Both the position numbers and the translations under genes were made by a program. A model generated the notes under the pieces. The model saw only the letters and a program-made list of their open reading frames with translations. It had not been told where the DNA came from and did no database searches. From the NCBI GenBank assembly GCA_963707215.1, contig CAVPPB010000003.1, positions 96,001 through 160,000 on the forward strand: a DNA stretch of 64,000 nt, written 5' to 3'. The stretch comes from an uncultured Chloroflexia bacterium. Lineage in GTDB: Bacteria; Chloroflexota; Limnocylindria; Limnocylindrales; CSP1-4. Below, piece by piece: positions 8,844-18,186 of this stretch (its first letter is position 1; every line of letters begins with the position of its first letter).

Positions 8844-9209
8844 TCAGCCCCCGATGGCGATGAACATCGGGCTGAAGTACGGAACGAGCCAGATCGCCCA
8901 GACGACCACGCTGAACTTGTGGAAGTCGCGGATCCACCGTTCGTCATGACGGGCCAGCACGATCGTCGCCCAGACCGCGTGGACCAGCATCAGCAGGATG
9001 GCCAGGACGCCGGTCACGCCGTGGACGTCGGCAGTGAGGCCCCCGGCCATGTCCAGCATCAGGCCGGTGCCCCAGGTGTCGAAGAGCAGGCCGAGCCAGA
9101 AGAAGGCCAGGTGCCAGGGCTTGAGGCGTCCCTGTAGGCGCTCACTCCAGACGCCGACGGAGTACGAGACGAGGGCCAGGGTGATGATGATCCCCGAGGT
9201 CGTGGTCAT
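8844..9209 (-). CDS. HsmA-like (TIGR03987-type) small membrane protein
   Basis: ALVSYSVGVWSER..GRLKPWHLAFFWLGLLFDTWGT..M...HGVTG..AILLMLVHAVWAT...FHKFSVVVWAIWLVPY; GAGGAGG RBS. Confidence 0.8.
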   Translation of the reverse strand: MTTTSGIIITLALVSYSVGVWSERLQGRLKPWHLAFFWLGLLFDTWGTGLMLDMAGGLTADVHGVTGVLAILLMLVHAVWATIVLARHDERWIRDFHKFSVVVWAIWLVPYFSPMFIAIGG

Positions 9210-9385
9210 GAGCCTCCTCGCGTACTGGCCGGAGCTTCGGCGCCTGCAGACCGAAGCGGGCACCTGGCGCGCATGATGCTCGGGGCATCACCGGGCACCG
9301 GGCGAGGGCCCGTTCCGCCTGAACGGTCGGGCCCATCGTCATCGCGACGGGATCGCCCTGCTAGCGCACCGGGCGCTCGGACGCC

Positions 9386-12181
9386 CTACTCTGGCTGGAC
9401 CAGTCGAACGCCGCCCGCTCTGAGCGGCAGATCGGCGAGACGCTCCCCCGTGGCGTCGGCGATCGCGTTCGCGACGGCCGGCGCGACGACCATGTTCGAG
9501 CACTCGGCCACGCCACGAAGCTGGAGGGGCGGGGGCTCTGCCGGGTCGCCGACGAGGATCGTCTCCATCTCGGGCATGTCTCGACTGCGCGGGATCCGGT
9601 ACTCCCTGAACCCCTGCGTCACGCCCGGGATGAAGTCCTCGTGGAGCGCGAAGCCAAGGCCCATCGCGATGCCGCCCTCGATCTGTCCGACGACGCCCTC
9701 CGGGAAGGCTGGGCGTCCCACGTCGTGGGCGGCGACGACTCGGAGGACCCGCACCTCGCCGGACAGGGTGTCGACCTCGACCTCGGCCATCTGGGTGCCG
9801 GTGACGTACATCGCGTACGGCTCGCCGAGGCCGCTACGTGGGTCAAAGGCCGGGACGTCGGCGTCGAACGACCCCTCGAAGCGGTTCGCCTGGCCGGCTG
9901 CGGTCCTCGCCGCGGCGACCTCTGCGAGGGAGACCCCCTTGTCGAGGGCTTCACGGGGCGCGACCCGATCGTCGACCAGCTCGAGCTCGACGAACGGGCG
10001 AGCGAGCATGGCGCCAGCCGAGCCGAGGATCGCCTCGCGCAGATCGGCGGCCGCGTTCGCCACGGCGTTGCCGACGAAGAACGTCACCCGGCTGCCGACG
10101 GTCGGTCCCGCGTCGCCGCAGGTGGCCGTGTCGCCCATCTCCACCTGGATCCGGTCCTGCGTCACGCCCAGCTCCTGGGCAGCTACCAGGCCGAGCGCGG
10201 TGGCGCTTCCCTGCCCGAGGTCCATCGCCCCTGTGCGGAGCGAGAAGGACCCGTCGGCAAGGAGTTCGAGCGTTGCGCGACCGGGTCCGCGGCCGACGGT
10301 CAGGGCAGGGTCCTGACCCGGGGCGGGCCCGCCCCCTCCACCACCGATGCCGTACCAGATGGACGCGACCCCGGCGCCCCGGCGGACGTTGGGTCGACCG
10401 GGGACCGACCGACCTGCCCGCTCCCTCGCCTCCAGCCAGTGCGGCCGGATCGCCTCGATGGTGCTGAGATAGGCCGGCTCATGTTGGAGGACCTGGCCGG
10501 ACAGCACCCGGTCGCCTTGCCGCAGGCGGTTGCGGGCCCGAAGATCCAGCGGGTCCACGCCCAGCCGCTGGGCGAGCCGATCCATCTGCGACTCGATCGC
10601 GAAGGCGACCTGCGTCGTCCCGGGTCCACGCATGCAGCCGGCCGTCGGGTTGTTCGTGTGGACCACCCGGCCGCGGAGCTCGACGTTCGGCCATCGGTAG
10701 GGTCCGGTGGCCGAGGCGAAGGTCTTGACCATGAGGCCGGGGCCGAACGACGCGTAGGCCCCGGTGTCGGCGAGGATGTCGACGTCCAGCGCGACGAGGT
10801 CTCCGGCCGAGGTCGCGCCGCTGCGACAGCGGATCCGGTAGGGGTGGCGCTTCGTCGTCGAGGCGAACGATTCCTTGCGGCTGTACACGATCCGCACCGG
10901 CCGGCCCGTTCGCCACGCGGCCAGCGCCGCCAGGCATTGGCACGAGACATCCGTCTTGCCACCGAATGCGCCGCCGACGACCGTCGGGGCGACCCGGACG
11001 CGTTCCGCCGGCAGCCCCAGCACCCGTGCGACCTCGGCGCGGTGATAGTGGGGGTACTGGGTCGCCGTCCGGACGACCAGGGTCTCCCCGTCCCACTCCG
11101 CGAGGGTCGCCTCCGGCTCAAGGTAGGCGTGCTCATTCCACGGCGTCGCGTATGTCTCCTCGACGATGACGTCCGCGTGGGCGAACCCCTCCTCCAGGTC
11201 ACCCCAACGGAGCCGGTTCTCGGCCAGCAGGTTGCCGTCCGGCTGGATCGCCGTTGCCGCGTCGGCAAGCGCCTCGTCGGGCGTGAAGACGGCCGGCAGC
11301 GACCGGTAGGTGACCTCGATCAGGTCGAGAGCCTCTGACGCCGCCGCGGCCGTCGTGGCCACCACGAGCGCGACCGGATCCCCGACCTGACGGACCCGGT
11401 CGTCGGCCAGGACCGGCTGGTCCTTGAGCCTTCGGCCGTGGCGGTTCACGCCGGGGACGTCGCCGGCCGTGAGGACCGCCACGACCCCAGGGTGCCGGCG
11501 GGCGCGCTCTGGATCGATGGCCTTGACATCGGCGTGGGCATGGGGGCTACGCAGCGCTCGGGCGTGGAGCATCCCTGCGACCGACAGGTCGGCCGCGTAG
11601 AGGGCGCGCCCGGTCGCCTTGGCCAGGGCCTCCGGCCGGACGCGTCGCCCGGGCTCGACCGAGCCGTCCCGCCCGCCGGTCGGGCTCGCAGGCAGGGCGC
11701 GTGGCGCGCCCGGCTGCCCATGGGCCACCCATTCGACCGCGTCCACGATCGCCTGGTACCCGGTACACCGACAGAGGTTGCTGCCGAGCCAACGAACGAT
11801 CCGTTCGCGATCCGGATCCGGCTCGCGCTCGAGGAGCGCGGCCGCGGCCATGATCATCCCCGGAGTGCAGAACCCGCACTGGACCGCGTCGGCCTCGACG
11901 AAGGCTTGCTGGAGTGGATGCGGGTGCTCGGGGCTGCCCAGGCCCTCGATCGTCAGCACGCTCCGCCCGGCCGCGTCGCTCGCCGACATGCGACAGGCGC
12001 GGACCACGCGCCCGTCGAGCAGCACGGCACAGGTCCCGCAGGTGCCGTCGTCGCAGCCTTCCTTCGTCCCGGTCAGGCCGAGGCTATCCCGGAGCAGCTC
12101 GAGGAGTCGCCGACCGCACTGGACGTCGACGCGGTGCTCGGCTCCGTTGACCCGCAGGGAGACCATGGTCGTTCGGTCCAT
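9386..12181 (-). CDS. Xanthine-oxidase-family molybdoenzyme with fused 2Fe-2S and Mo-binding domains (aldehyde oxidoreductase-like)
   Basis: GLTGTKEGCDDGTCGTC, QCGFCTPG, NLCRCTGY, HAYLEPE, GGAFGGK, GQIEGG and C-terminal RGVAE. Start is 12181 or 12166. Confidence 0.92.
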   Translation of the reverse strand: MDRTTMVSLRVNGAEHRVDVQCGRRLLELLRDSLGLTGTKEGCDDGTCGTCAVLLDGRVVRACRMSASDAAGRSVLTIEGLGSPEHPHPLQQAFVEADAVQCGFCTPGMIMAAAALLEREPDPDRERIVRWLGSNLCRCTGYQAIVDAVEWVAHGQPGAPRALPASPTGGRDGSVEPGRRVRPEALAKATGRALYAADLSVAGMLHARALRSPHAHADVKAIDPERARRHPGVVAVLTAGDVPGVNRHGRRLKDQPVLADDRVRQVGDPVALVVATTAAAASEALDLIEVTYRSLPAVFTPDEALADAATAIQPDGNLLAENRLRWGDLEEGFAHADVIVEETYATPWNEHAYLEPEATLAEWDGETLVVRTATQYPHYHRAEVARVLGLPAERVRVAPTVVGGAFGGKTDVSCQCLAALAAWRTGRPVRIVYSRKESFASTTKRHPYRIRCRSGATSAGDLVALDVDILADTGAYASFGPGLMVKTFASATGPYRWPNVELRGRVVHTNNPTAGCMRGPGTTQVAFAIESQMDRLAQRLGVDPLDLRARNRLRQGDRVLSGQVLQHEPAYLSTIEAIRPHWLEARERAGRSVPGRPNVRRGAGVASIWYGIGGGGGGPAPGQDPALTVGRGPGRATLELLADGSFSLRTGAMDLGQGSATALGLVAAQELGVTQDRIQVEMGDTATCGDAGPTVGSRVTFFVGNAVANAAADLREAILGSAGAMLARPFVELELVDDRVAPREALDKGVSLAEVAAARTAAGQANRFEGSFDADVPAFDPRSGLGEPYAMYVTGTQMAEVEVDTLSGEVRVLRVVAAHDVGRPAFPEGVVGQIEGGIAMGLGFALHEDFIPGVTQGFREYRIPRSRDMPEMETILVGDPAEPPPLQLRGVAECSNMVVAPAVANAIADATGERLADLPLRAGGVRLVQPE

Positions 12182-12568
12182 CCAGCCCGTCCTCGCCGAC
12201 GCGGCACCATCGCCCGCGCATCGCTCGGCGGGCGGTGCTCCAGGGACCATCGTCAGCCATGGGAATCCGCGACCGGAGGGCCGACCGGCCCACTTCCGCC
12301 TGACCACCGGGCCTGGAGCCATCCGACCCGAGCCAAGCCCGCCGGTCCCGACCGACCCGCGGGCGTTCCACCGCAGCGACGGTGCGGCTCCCTGGACTCC
12401 TGTGCCCCGAGCAGCCTCACGAGCGCACGGTGACGACAGACAGCGTTGACAGCCGTCACCATGTCGATGTCTCGAGCTGCCGCACATCCGCGGTCCCCGG
12501 CTAACATAGCCACTCTGCTGCGGACGCCCCCGGAGCCCCCCAGCGACCAGATGGAGGACATCGTGCCC

Positions 12569-14299
12569 ATGACCCCTACCCCCCGGCGGTTGATCGCGCT
12601 CGGCGCAGCCCTCGTGCTGACCGCGACCATGGCCGTCTCCGCCACCGGCGCCCAGCCTGACCCGAGCGGTCAGCTGATCCCGGTCCAGCTCCTGGCCTTC
12701 AACGACTACCACGGCCACCTCGAGTCGAGCACCCCAGGGATGATCGACGGGACCGCCGCCGGTGGAGCGGAGTACCTCGCGGCGAAGCTCGCCGAGCTGC
12801 GCGCGGGCAACAAGTTCAGCCTGACCGTGGCCGCCGGCGACCTGATCGGAGGCTCCCCGGCCTTCTCCGGCCTCTTCCACGACGAGCCGTCGGTCGAATC
12901 GCTGAACGCGATGGGCCTGGACGTCTCGAGCGTCGGCAACCATGAGTTCGACGAAGGGGTCACCGAGCTCCTGCGGATGCAGGACGGTGGCTGTCACCCG
13001 GTCGACGGCTGCTACTTCCCCGAGGCGCCCTACGCCGGGGCCGACTTCCAGTGGCTCGCCGCCAACGTCGTCAACGAGGGCACCGGCGAGACCCCCCTCC
13101 CGCCGTACTGGATCGAGCGCTTCAACAACGTCAAGGTCGGCTTCATCGGGATGACCCTCGAGGCGACCGACACCCTCGTTGCGGCCGTCGGCATCCAGGG
13201 CTGGGACTTCCTCGACGAGGCCGAGACGGCGAACGCGCTCGTGCCGATCCTCCAGGCCCAGGGTGTGGAGGCCATCGTCGTCCTGTTGCACGAGGGCGGT
13301 TCGCAGACGCCGCCTCCGGGCGCCATCGACGCCTGCGTCGGCATCTCCGGTCCGGTGGTCGCGATCAACGACGCGCTCGATCCCGCGATCGACGTGATGA
13401 TCACCGGCCACACCCACCTGCCGTACAACTGCGTCCTGCCCGACGCCGCCGGCCAGCCGCGCATCGTGACGAGCGCCTACTCGTACGGCCGCGTCGTCTC
13501 GGAGCTGGACCTCGTCCTCGACAAGCGGACCCACGACGTCCGCCGCGACCTCAGCACGGCGGCCAACCACCTCGTGGACCAGGCGGCCCTGACCCCGGAC
13601 GCGACGCAGACCGCGATCATCGCCAAGTGGCAGCCGCTCTACGACGCGGCCGGCAGCACGCCGGTCGGGACGATCACCACCGACATCAACCGGGGCGGCA
13701 CGCCGCCCGGATCCGACCGCGGCGTCGAATCCGCTGCTTCCAACCTCGTCGCCGACGCGCAGCTGTGGAACACCTCGGCCGCCGGCGCCGACGTGGCCTT
13801 CATGAACCCCGGTGGCGTCCGCTCCGACCTGATGTACGCCCAGTCGGCCGGTGAGGGCGACGGCGTCGTCACCTTCGGCGAGGCGTTCACCTTCCAGCCC
13901 TTCGGCAACACGCTCGTGACGTACGGGATGACCGGGGCCCAGATCCTCTCCGTCCTCGAGGAGCAGTGCCAGCCGGCCGGTTCCAGCCGCCCGTTCCTCC
14001 ACCTCGGCGTGTCGGAGGGCTTCACCTACGACCTCTCGAAGACGATCGTCGCGGGCACCTGCACCGCGGTCACCATCAGCAACGTCATGCTCAACGGCGT
14101 CGCGCTCGACCCGACCGCGACGTACGACGTGACGGTCAACAACTTCCTTGCCGACGGCGGCGACAACTTCACCACCTTCGGGACCATCACCTCCCCGCGC
14201 CTGGACGGTGGCAACGACCTGCAGGCCCTGGTCAACTACCTGGGCACCTTCAGCCCCGTCGCCCCGCCGAGCACCGACCGGGTGAACGAGCTGCCGTAG
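12569..14299 (+). CDS. Secreted bifunctional metallophosphatase/5'-nucleotidase
   Basis: Signal peptide; FNDYHGHL, AAGDLIG, GNHEFD, TGHTH, NPGGVRSD, FTFQPFGN, NNFLADGGDNF; GGAGG RBS. Confidence 0.93.
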   Translation: MTPTPRRLIALGAALVLTATMAVSATGAQPDPSGQLIPVQLLAFNDYHGHLESSTPGMIDGTAAGGAEYLAAKLAELRAGNKFSLTVAAGDLIGGSPAFSGLFHDEPSVESLNAMGLDVSSVGNHEFDEGVTELLRMQDGGCHPVDGCYFPEAPYAGADFQWLAANVVNEGTGETPLPPYWIERFNNVKVGFIGMTLEATDTLVAAVGIQGWDFLDEAETANALVPILQAQGVEAIVVLLHEGGSQTPPPGAIDACVGISGPVVAINDALDPAIDVMITGHTHLPYNCVLPDAAGQPRIVTSAYSYGRVVSELDLVLDKRTHDVRRDLSTAANHLVDQAALTPDATQTAIIAKWQPLYDAAGSTPVGTITTDINRGGTPPGSDRGVESAASNLVADAQLWNTSAAGADVAFMNPGGVRSDLMYAQSAGEGDGVVTFGEAFTFQPFGNTLVTYGMTGAQILSVLEEQCQPAGSSRPFLHLGVSEGFTYDLSKTIVAGTCTAVTISNVMLNGVALDPTATYDVTVNNFLADGGDNFTTFGTITSPRLDGGNDLQALVNYLGTFSPVAPPSTDRVNELP

Positions 14300-14323
14300 C
14301 GCACCATCCCTCGGGATGGACCG

Positions 14324-14364
14324 CCCCCGGGTCGGACGATCGTCCGGCCCGGGGGTCTTCGTTT
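14324..14364 (+). terminator. Rho-independent terminator
   Basis: CCCCCGGGTCGGACG-AT-CGTCCGGCCCGGGGG stem followed by TCTTCGTTT. Confidence 0.7.
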
Positions 14365-14383
14365 GCCTACGGACCGGTGCGGA

Positions 14384-15163
14384 TCACCCGCGGCGGAGGC
14401 GCCAGATGCACTCGGCCGGCCACCGCCTCGCCCAGGCGAGCTCGTCAGCGTCCCGGAACGTGGTGGTGGCGTCGGGAGGCGGGCGGGGCTCGATCAGGTC
14501 CTCGACCACGAACCCGTTCGCCCGGAACAGTCGGATCCACTCGCCGTACGGCAGCTGGTAGAAGACGTCCTCGCCGTCGTCGATCCGATGGAGGTCGAAG
14601 TAGTCGAGGGCCAGCCGGTCGCCGACCTTGTCGGCATCCAGCGGCCAGCAGATCGTCTCGATCGGCGAGTGGTGGCTGAACGCGAAGAGGCCACCGGGAC
14701 GGAGCAGCCGAGCGACCTCGGGGACGGTCCGGTACGGGTCGGCGAAGGTCATCGCCCCGTGATCGCAGAACACGATGTCGAAGGAGCGATCCGGGAGCGG
14801 CACGGCCTCGGCGCTGGCGTGTACGAGCGGGAACTCGACGCCGGCTTCCGCCATCAGCCGTCTCGCATGATCGAGCTGCCGAGCCGACAGGTCCAAGCCC
14901 ACTGGGCGGGCACCGACCCGAGCCAGCCCGATCGACCACTGCGCCGCGCCGCAACCGAGCTCCAGGACGTCCTTGCCCGCCACGTCGCCAAGGACCGGCA
15001 GCTCCGACTCACGGATCCCGCTGGTGCCCCAGTGGAGCCCGTCGTCCGCCGCGAGCGTCTCCGCGTGCTTCGCCTGGTACTCGTCGCTGTAGGCATCCCA
15101 CATGGCCCGGTTGCGGGCGGCGTCAGGCGTGAGGCCGGGGAGATCCCTGGCGTCGCCGCTCAT
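14384..15163 (-). CDS. Class I SAM-dependent methyltransferase
   Basis: VLELGCGAAQWS, GLDLS, ASAEAVPLPDRSFDIVF, EVARLLRPGGLF; ATGA overlap with the upstream gene. Confidence 0.9.
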   Translation of the reverse strand: MSGDARDLPGLTPDAARNRAMWDAYSDEYQAKHAETLAADDGLHWGTSGIRESELPVLGDVAGKDVLELGCGAAQWSIGLARVGARPVGLDLSARQLDHARRLMAEAGVEFPLVHASAEAVPLPDRSFDIVFCDHGAMTFADPYRTVPEVARLLRPGGLFAFSHHSPIETICWPLDADKVGDRLALDYFDLHRIDDGEDVFYQLPYGEWIRLFRANGFVVEDLIEPRPPPDATTTFRDADELAWARRWPAECIWRLRRG

Positions 15164-16461
15164 CGCTCGGCACTCGCGGTCGGTGTCGGCCCAGGACTGC
15201 CGGATCGGGCCTGCTCCCAGAGTTCCTGGAACGCCTCGACCGCGGCGTCGGCGAAGTCGTCGTCGTTGATGTTCGCCCCCACGGTCAGGCACCGGATGTC
15301 GGGCCGAAGGCGCGCGCGGATCGCCTCGAACAGGACCTCGTCGGCAGCAGGGTCGGCGAACGGCCCGCCGACCCGCGAGAACGTCGAGCAGCCGCCCAGC
15401 GGCAGGAGGACCGTCGTCGGGCCGGTCGCCACGTTGACCCGCTCGGCGAAGCGAGTGCCGATCTCGGCCGCCTCGGATGGGTCCGCCCGGACCGAGGTGA
15501 CGGACGGACTGTGGATAACGATGCACCGGTCCGAGCCGGCGAACCGCTCCGGGACGCTCGCCCGCGGTCCGAAGTTGACGACCTCCAGGGCACCGGGGGC
15601 CACGACCTGCGGGAGCCCCTGGAGACCCGCCGTCGTCAGGCGCTCGGGTCCGGCCGAGAGGATCCCTCCGTAGAGCTCCGAGGTGAGCTCGTTGGTCGTG
15701 AGGTCGACGACCCCGTCGATCGCGCCCGCCCCGATGAGCTGCTCCATCGCCATGCCACCGGAGCCGTTGGCGTGGAAGACGATCGTCTCGAAGCCGGCTG
15801 CCTCCAACCGGGCCTGGACCGCCCGCGCACCCGCGGTCGTCACGCCCATCATCGAGATCGCGACGAGCGGGGCGTCCGTCTCCATCACGGTCGCCGCCCG
15901 GAGCACCATGCCGGCCATGGCATTGGCGGCGTTGGCGAGGACCCGGCGCGAGACCCGATTGAGCCCCTGGATGTCCGTCACCGAGTTGACGAGCGTCAGA
16001 TCGCTCGACCCGACGTAGGGCCGCATGTCGCCCGACGTCATCGTCGACACGAGGAGCTTCGGGACGCCGAGCGGGAGCGACCGCAGGACCGCCGAGACGA
16101 TCGTCGAGCCGCCGCTGCCACCGAGGCCCATGACGCCGTCGCAGCGACCGCTGGCACGCCATCCGGTCACCAGCTCGGTGGCTCCGCGGGCCATCGCCTC
16201 AAGAGCGATCGCCCGGTGGCCGGCCTCCATCCCGGCAGCCCGCAGCTCCTCGATCGTGGTCCCGGCAGCCCGGGCGACGTCATGGGCCGCCACGTCGGCC
16301 TCCACGGTCGGGCGGTCGAGGATGCCGACATCGACCAGGGTCGCCTCTACGCCGGCCTCGCGAAGCCGATCGCGGACGAAGGCATGCTCGGGCCCCTTCG
16401 TGTCGAGCGTACCCAGGACGATGACGACCGGCCTCGTGACCACGGACGCATCATCGACCAT
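15160..16461 (-). CDS. Tm-1-like ATP-binding domain protein (UPF0261)
   Basis: LGTLDTKG.E, GLGGSGGST, LPLGVPKLLVST, DIQGLN, MMGVTT, FHANGSGG.AME, DLTTNE, VNFG. Start approximate. Confidence 0.88.
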   Translation of the reverse strand: MVDDASVVTRPVVIVLGTLDTKGPEHAFVRDRLREAGVEATLVDVGILDRPTVEADVAAHDVARAAGTTIEELRAAGMEAGHRAIALEAMARGATELVTGWRASGRCDGVMGLGGSGGSTIVSAVLRSLPLGVPKLLVSTMTSGDMRPYVGSSDLTLVNSVTDIQGLNRVSRRVLANAANAMAGMVLRAATVMETDAPLVAISMMGVTTAGARAVQARLEAAGFETIVFHANGSGGMAMEQLIGAGAIDGVVDLTTNELTSELYGGILSAGPERLTTAGLQGLPQVVAPGALEVVNFGPRASVPERFAGSDRCIVIHSPSVTSVRADPSEAAEIGTRFAERVNVATGPTTVLLPLGGCSTFSRVGGPFADPAADEVLFEAIRARLRPDIRCLTVGANINDDDFADAAVEAFQELWEQARSGSPGPTPTASAER

Positions 16462-16643
16462 CGAGCGATCCGCCGCGCACCGGACCCGAACCTCGAGGCA
16501 CGGAGCCGGTCGACCTTCGGCCCTTGGGTGGACGGGGGGGTGCTGCCAGCATCCGTGCCATCGGCGTCGCCGGCCCGCTGCCCGATCAGCTGGCGGACGC
16601 CCCGACACACCCTTGGAGGGATGCTGTGGTCAGTCCATCGGCG

Positions 16644-18170
16644 ATGACCGAGAGCGTCATCCAGAGCCGGCTCGGTCGGCTGCGCGGGGATGTCGAGCGG
16701 GGCGTCCATCGGTTCCTGGGTGTCCCGTATGCCCAGCCGCCCTTCGGCCCGGGTCACCTGCGACCACCGCGCAGGGTCGTCCCGTGGGACGGCGTCCGGG
16801 AGGCGCTCGCGTTCGGCCCGGAGCCGCCGCAACCCAGGGTGCCCGCCGACCATCCCGCCGCGGCGATGGTCTGGGACCCGGCCATCCCCGGCGAGGACTG
16901 CCTGAACCTCAACGTCTGGACGCCTGACCCGGCGACGTCGGGTCTGCCGGTGATGGTCTGGATCCCCGGTGGCATGTTCGAGGTCGGAAGCGGGGCGACC
17001 TATGACGGCAGCCGCTTCGCCCGCGACGGCGTCGTCTGCGTGACGATCAACTATCGCGTCGGCGCCGAAGGGTTCCTCTTCCTGGACGACGGGGACCCGA
17101 ACCTCGGCCTTCTCGACCAGGTCGCCGCGCTCGAGTGGGTCCGTGACCACATCGCGGCGTTCGGCGGCGATCCCGACAACATCACGGTCTTCGGCGAGTC
17201 GGCCGGGGCGATGAGCATCGGCACGCTGCTCTCGATGCCACGAGCCGACGGCCTCTTCCGGCGGGCCATCTGTGAGAGCGGTGCGGCCCACCGGGTCGTC
17301 CCGGCCGACACGGCGCGACGGGTCGGCACGCTCCTGGCCGACCGACTGGGGATCGCGGCGCGCCGGGACGTGGTGGCAGAGGTGGACCCGGCCCGTCTGC
17401 TCGGGGCGGCGACGGCGCTCAAGGCGGAGATGCTGGAAGATCCGGATCCCGATCGCTGGAGCCTCGACGTCGTCGCCAGCGCGCTGCCCTGGCAGCCGGT
17501 CGTGGACGGTGCGGTGGTACCGGCTCGACCCGTCGACCGGATCGCCGCCGGCGCCGGTGCCGAGCTCGACGTCATCGTCGGCTGGAACGCCGACGACTGG
17601 CGTCTACTGACCATCTCCAACGGCTCGCTCGACCGAGTGACCGAGGTGTCCCTGACGGGCCCGGTCCGCGAGCATGGGTTCGAGACCGCCGCCGCCTACG
17701 GCCTGGGCCCTGATGCGGTCGCTGCCTATGGGGCGGTCTTCCCGGCGGCGAGACCCGGCGAGCTCCTCGCGGAGATCCAGTCCGATTGGTGGTGTCGCAT
17801 CCCGGCCCAGCGGCTCGCCGATGCCCGGGCGCGGTCGTCTGGCGGTACGTACGTCTACGAGTTCGGATGGCCATCGCCCGCATTCGGCGGGGTGTTCGGT
17901 GCCTGCCACGCCCTCGAGATCCCGTTCGTCTTCGACACGCTCGACCTCGGGCCCCGACAGATGCAGGGATCCCTTCTCGGCGACGCTCCGCCCCAGGCCC
18001 TGGCCGACGCGATGCACGGCGCCTGGACGTCGTTCGCGAGCACCGGCGATCCCGGTTGGCCGCGCTACGACGGGATCCGACGACCCACCATGCGCTTCGA
18101 GGTCGAGTCGCGGGTCCTCGACGACCCTCGAGCCGTCGAGCGGGCCATCTGGGATGGCCTCCTCCTCTAG
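16644..18170 (+). CDS. Type-B carboxylesterase/lipase
   Basis: FLGVPYAQPP, EDCLNLNVWTP, NYRVG, AFGGDPDNITVFGESAG, GACHALEIPFVF. Confidence 0.93.
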   Translation: MTESVIQSRLGRLRGDVERGVHRFLGVPYAQPPFGPGHLRPPRRVVPWDGVREALAFGPEPPQPRVPADHPAAAMVWDPAIPGEDCLNLNVWTPDPATSGLPVMVWIPGGMFEVGSGATYDGSRFARDGVVCVTINYRVGAEGFLFLDDGDPNLGLLDQVAALEWVRDHIAAFGGDPDNITVFGESAGAMSIGTLLSMPRADGLFRRAICESGAAHRVVPADTARRVGTLLADRLGIAARRDVVAEVDPARLLGAATALKAEMLEDPDPDRWSLDVVASALPWQPVVDGAVVPARPVDRIAAGAGAELDVIVGWNADDWRLLTISNGSLDRVTEVSLTGPVREHGFETAAAYGLGPDAVAAYGAVFPAARPGELLAEIQSDWWCRIPAQRLADARARSSGGTYVYEFGWPSPAFGGVFGACHALEIPFVFDTLDLGPRQMQGSLLGDAPPQALADAMHGAWTSFASTGDPGWPRYDGIRRPTMRFEVESRVLDDPRAVERAIWDGLLL

Positions 18171-18186
18171 CGACCCGAGCGACGAC

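Noticed and set aside
12182-14002. N-terminal 600-aa extension of the 1538-aa ORF 9386..14002
   Set aside because: It is the antisense shadow of the 5'-nucleotidase gene; molybdoenzyme similarity begins only at about 12181.
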